DNA of 64,000 nucleotides from Candidatus Omnitrophota bacterium (GTDB lineage Bacteria; Omnitrophota; Gorgyraeia; Gygaellales; Profunditerraquicolaceae): NCBI GenBank assembly GCA_041653115.1, contig JBAZGA010000003.1, positions 1,832 to 65,831 of the forward strand, read 5' to 3'. Shown piece by piece: positions 60,899 to 64,000 of this stretch (position 1 is its first letter; each line of letters starts with the position of its first letter). The notes under the pieces were generated by a model. It saw only the letters and a program-made list of their open reading frames with translations, ran no database searches and was not told where the DNA came from. The position numbers and the translations under genes were made by a program.

Positions 60899-62784
60899 CT
60901 CCTCAGCTTACTAAAACTACTAACTGCCTCTCTCAATAGCCGGCAATATAAATCAAAACCTACCGCCGCGATAAAGCCGTGCTGCTCAATACCCAAAAGG
61001 TTACCCGCGCCCCTGATTTCTAAATCCTCCATGGCAATCTTAAAACCGGCGCCCAAATATGAATACTCCTCTATCGCATCCAGCCTCTTTTTCGCATCGC
61101 TATCCAATACGCCGTGTTTGGGGATCATAAAATAAGCGTAGGCCGGACGATTAAACCTGCCTACCCTGCCGCGTAACTGGTGCAGGTCGGATAATCCGAA
61201 CTGGTGGGCATTGTTTACAATCAGGGTATTTACATTGGGGATATCGATTCCGGACTCAATAATCATCGTGCAGAGTAAAATATCGAGCCTGCCTTTTAAG
61301 AAATCCAGCATTACTTTCTCCAGGACTGCGGGTGCCATCTGGCCGTGGGCTACGGCTATTTTTACATCCTTTGACAGAATCCCGGCGATTTTTTCTTTTA
61401 TCTTCTCGATATCCTCAATCCGGTTGTGTAAAAAATAAACCTGGCCTTTACGCCTTAATTCTCTTAAGATTGCCTGGCGGATTAAATCTTCGTCATATTC
61501 TACCACAATTGTCTTTATCGGCAACCTATTTTGCGGAGGCGTATTAATCATCGATAAGTCCTTTGCCGACATCAGGCTCATATATAAGGTGCGCGGGATA
61601 GGGGTGGCGGTCAAAGTCAGCACGTCGGTAGTTAAGCGCAGGGTTTTGAGTTTCTCTTTGGCCCATACGCCGAAACGCTGCTCTTCGTCAATAATCACCA
61701 ACCCCAGGTCCTTAAATACTATATCATCGGATAAGAGCCTGTGCGTCCCCACTACTATATCTACCGTTCCCTGAGCAAGTCCCCGGACGATTTCCTTTTG
61801 TTCGCTTCCGGTTTTAAAACGCGAAAGCATCGCGACATTGATGGGAAAGTCGCGCAGGCGCTCGCTGAAATTCTGGTAATGCTGTTCGGCTAAAATTGTC
61901 GTCGGCACCAGGAAGGCTACCTGCTTATTATCCATCGTCGCCTTGAATGCCGCGCGCATCGCGACTTCGGTTTTGCCGTAGCCTACGTCTCCGCAGAGCA
62001 GCCTGTCCATCGGCTTGGGGGATTCCATGTCCTGCTTTACTTCGTGGCCTGCTTTTATCTGGTCGGGCGTTTCCTGATAAGGGAAAGTAGCCTCGAATTG
62101 TTTCTGCCATGCGCTGTCGGGCGAATAAGCAAATCCGGCTGCTGAAAGCCGCATTGCCTGTAAGGACAGGAGTTCCCAGGCCATTTTCTGTATGCCTTTA
62201 CGCGTCCGCTCTTTCATTCGCTGCCATTCTCCCGTTCCCAGGCGGCACAACTTGGGCCTTCTTACCTGAAAGGCAATATACTTTTGCACCAGGTGCATAT
62301 TTTCAACAGGCACATAGAGTTTCTCCTGGCGGTCATATTCAATGACCAGATGGTCTTTAGGCTTATCCTTTACTTTTATTTTAGTCAAGCCCAGAAACCT
62401 GCCGATGCCGTATTGGTTATGCACGACATAATCGCCGAGATTCAAATCCAGGAAATTCTCCAGGGGAAATTCTTCGCTGAAGGTAGCGGTCCTTAGGGCG
62501 CGCGTCTTTTTTACCGGCAGGATAATTACCATTTTATGTTCCCAGAGGGGCTCACCCGAAGACGGATTAAATGTTTTGATGGAGGCAAGCTTATCAATAT
62601 CCAACTCAATACGTATGGGCAGTTCAAAGGCAAAGGGGAATATATCAATCACCGCGCCGCGCCTGGCAAAATCCCCCTCCTCGGCAACTTCTTCCTGTCT
62701 TTTATAGCCGAAGTCGACAAGCTCCGCCAAGAGGCTTTCTAAATTAACTGTACCGGTAGTATATAGCTTTAGGGATTTGAACAT
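60895..62784 (-). CDS. mfd: Transcription-repair coupling factor, short form (about 629 aa)
   Basis: GDVGYGKTEVAMRAAF (Walker A), DEEQRFG, QLRGRVGR plus the TRG motif. An N-terminal segment matches Mfd D2 (RGAVIDIFP...IRIELDID..L.SIKTFNPS). The N-terminal roughly 350 aa and the C-terminal D7 of canonical Mfd are absent. Confidence 0.78.
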   Translation of the reverse strand: MFKSLKLYTTGTVNLESLLAELVDFGYKRQEEVAEEGDFARRGAVIDIFPFAFELPIRIELDIDKLASIKTFNPSSGEPLWEHKMVIILPVKKTRALRTATFSEEFPLENFLDLNLGDYVVHNQYGIGRFLGLTKIKVKDKPKDHLVIEYDRQEKLYVPVENMHLVQKYIAFQVRRPKLCRLGTGEWQRMKERTRKGIQKMAWELLSLQAMRLSAAGFAYSPDSAWQKQFEATFPYQETPDQIKAGHEVKQDMESPKPMDRLLCGDVGYGKTEVAMRAAFKATMDNKQVAFLVPTTILAEQHYQNFSERLRDFPINVAMLSRFKTGSEQKEIVRGLAQGTVDIVVGTHRLLSDDIVFKDLGLVIIDEEQRFGVWAKEKLKTLRLTTDVLTLTATPIPRTLYMSLMSAKDLSMINTPPQNRLPIKTIVVEYDEDLIRQAILRELRRKGQVYFLHNRIEDIEKIKEKIAGILSKDVKIAVAHGQMAPAVLEKVMLDFLKGRLDILLCTMIIESGIDIPNVNTLIVNNAHQFGLSDLHQLRGRVGRFNRPAYAYFMIPKHGVLDSDAKKRLDAIEEYSYLGAGFKIAMEDLEIRGAGNLLGIEQHGFIAAVGFDLYCRLLREAVSSFSKLRS

Positions 62785-62837
62785 TTTTTATCTTCTTTCA
62801 AGGTCGGGTCTTCTAATTTATTTATTTGCAGTATGTT

Positions 62838-64000
62838 TCAAGACCCGATCTTGCTATGGGACTTACGCGTCCAGGCAAGGACTAAAGGAGAGGCAATATA
62901 AATAGTGGAATAAACACCCGAGATAAAACCGATTAAGAGCGCAAAGGCAAAATTGCTCAATACTTCGCCGCCGTAAAGGAAAATGGAAATCACCACCAAT
63001 AGGGTAACCCCCGATGTCAGCAGGGTTCTGCCCAGGGTTTGGTTCACGCTTAAATTAATCAGCTCATAAAGGCTAAGCTTGCGAAAAAGGCGGCTATTTT
63101 CCCTCACCCGGTCATAAATGACGATGGTGTCGTTTATCGAATAACCGGCAATGGTTAAAAATGCCGTAACGCTTAAAAGGTCTATTTGCCTGCCGGACAT
63201 CACTAAAAATCCCAAAGCCACTAATACGTCGTGCAAAAGCGCGATTACGCCGGCAAAGGCAAAATTAAAATGCTTAAAACGAAACGCCACATAAATGAGG
63301 ATGCCGACTAACGACCATAACAGGGCGTATAGGGCTTTGCTCTTCAGGTGTTTTCCTGCTACCGGACCGACCCGTTCTATCCTGAGCACCTGTATATCCT
63401 GGCCGGGAAATTTCTCTTTCAGTTTAGAGGTGAGCATCTGGCTTTTATCCTCTTTCGTCCTAATCAATACTGCGTTAGGATTCTCTTTAAACTGCTGGAT
63501 AGAGGCATCGGTCAATCCCAAATCTCTTAAAGTCTCACGTAGATTATCTATGGGGGGCGGAGTCTTAAAGCTATATTCCTGTAACTGGCCGCCGGCGAAA
63601 TCAATACCGTATACCTCTTTGCCGTTTTTAAAGAAAAAGAAAATCCCGGTAAGGATGATTATTAACGATAAGGCATAAAAAATTTTTCTTTTGGCAATAA
63701 AATCGAATTTTGTCGCTTTAATCAGTTTTAACATCGGCAGGGATTTTAATAAGCCCGAGGCTAAAAGCAGCTCAAAGATGGCGCGCGTCACGACAATTGC
63801 CGTAAACATACTGGCGATGAGGCCGATAGTTAAAGTGACGGCGAATCCTCTTATCGGCCCGGTGCCGAATTGAAATAATAAAAATGCGGCGATTAAAGTA
63901 GTGAGATTGGAATCAAAAATAGCGCTAAAGGCCTTGGCATAGCCGTTGGCAATGGCGGTGCGCAGGTTAACGCCTCTGGCTAATTCCTCCCTGATGCGTT
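62838..64000 (-). CDS. secDF: Fused protein translocase subunit SecDF. Partial: the N-terminus lies beyond the window end.
   Basis: Own translation of 63810-63998 continues in frame upstream of the track's Met (...[29 protein letters not shown]...). The SecD C-terminal TM region is joined without a stop to SecF (KFDFIAKRK...). Confidence 0.8.
   Translation of the reverse strand, partial: RIREELARGVNLRTAIANGYAKAFSAIFDSNLTTLIAAFLLFQFGTGPIRGFAVTLTIGLIASMFTAIVVTRAIFELLLASGLLKSLPMLKLIKATKFDFIAKRKIFYALSLIIILTGIFFFFKNGKEVYGIDFAGGQLQEYSFKTPPPIDNLRETLRDLGLTDASIQQFKENPNAVLIRTKEDKSQMLTSKLKEKFPGQDIQVLRIERVGPVAGKHLKSKALYALLWSLVGILIYVAFRFKHFNFAFAGVIALLHDVLVALGFLVMSGRQIDLLSVTAFLTIAGYSINDTIVIYDRVRENSRLFRKLSLYELINLSVNQTLGRTLLTSGVTLLVVISIFLYGGEVLSNFAFALLIGFISGVYSTIYIASPLVLAWTRKSHSKIGS

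Noticed and set aside
63691-63873. A 60-aa plus-strand ORF.
   Set aside because: It is antisense within the continuous secDF reading frame.

Overview
This 64 kb window comes from a low-GC (about 40-45%) bacterium. Every confidently called gene lies on the minus strand, and neighbouring genes often overlap by 4 nt (ATGA stop/start). Heptosyltransferases, a WaaL-like O-antigen ligase, gmhB and the conserved surA-pdxA-ksgA block point to a diderm (LPS-producing) organism.

Layout by region:
- 1-39 kb: a very large nucleotide-sugar and polysaccharide locus. It carries GDP-fucose, dTDP-rhamnose and a complete-looking CDP-3,6-dideoxyhexose gene set (rfbF, rfbG, rfbH, a 2-epimerase), plus an acetolactate-synthase-like ThDP enzyme (a YerE-like branched-sugar candidate). 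Embedded in it are UxaA, mannitol-dehydrogenase and IMPase family genes. It also holds glycosyltransferases (GT2, GT9, GT28), a DegT aminotransferase, a radical SAM enzyme, Wzx, and a carbamoyltransferase module (SemiSWEET, SxtJ-like protein and an unannotated 52-aa ORF). Housekeeping genes (gap, a tandem galT pair, fmt, priA-like) are interspersed.
- 39-48.7 kb: housekeeping genes tyrS, rpsA, plsC, pgm/pmm, rpe, nadD, proA, proB, obg, rplU.
- 48.7-58.2 kb: an unusual co-directional gene string with its own sigma70-like promoter. It encodes an HprK-like P-loop kinase, a PqqD-like RRE and a radical SAM/SPASM enzyme, followed by an orphan PhnD-like binding protein, a UPF0280 (ApbE-like) protein, an S26-like peptidase, a secreted PI3K/HipA-like putative kinase with TPR and a PurM/SelD-like protein. 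No precursor peptide of 60 aa or more is visible. This is the best candidate for an undescribed RiPP-like or cofactor maturation system.
- 58.2-64 kb: ksgA, pdxA, surA-like, a short mfd and a secDF fusion that runs off the window.

No rRNA, tRNA, CRISPR array or obvious mobile element was seen.
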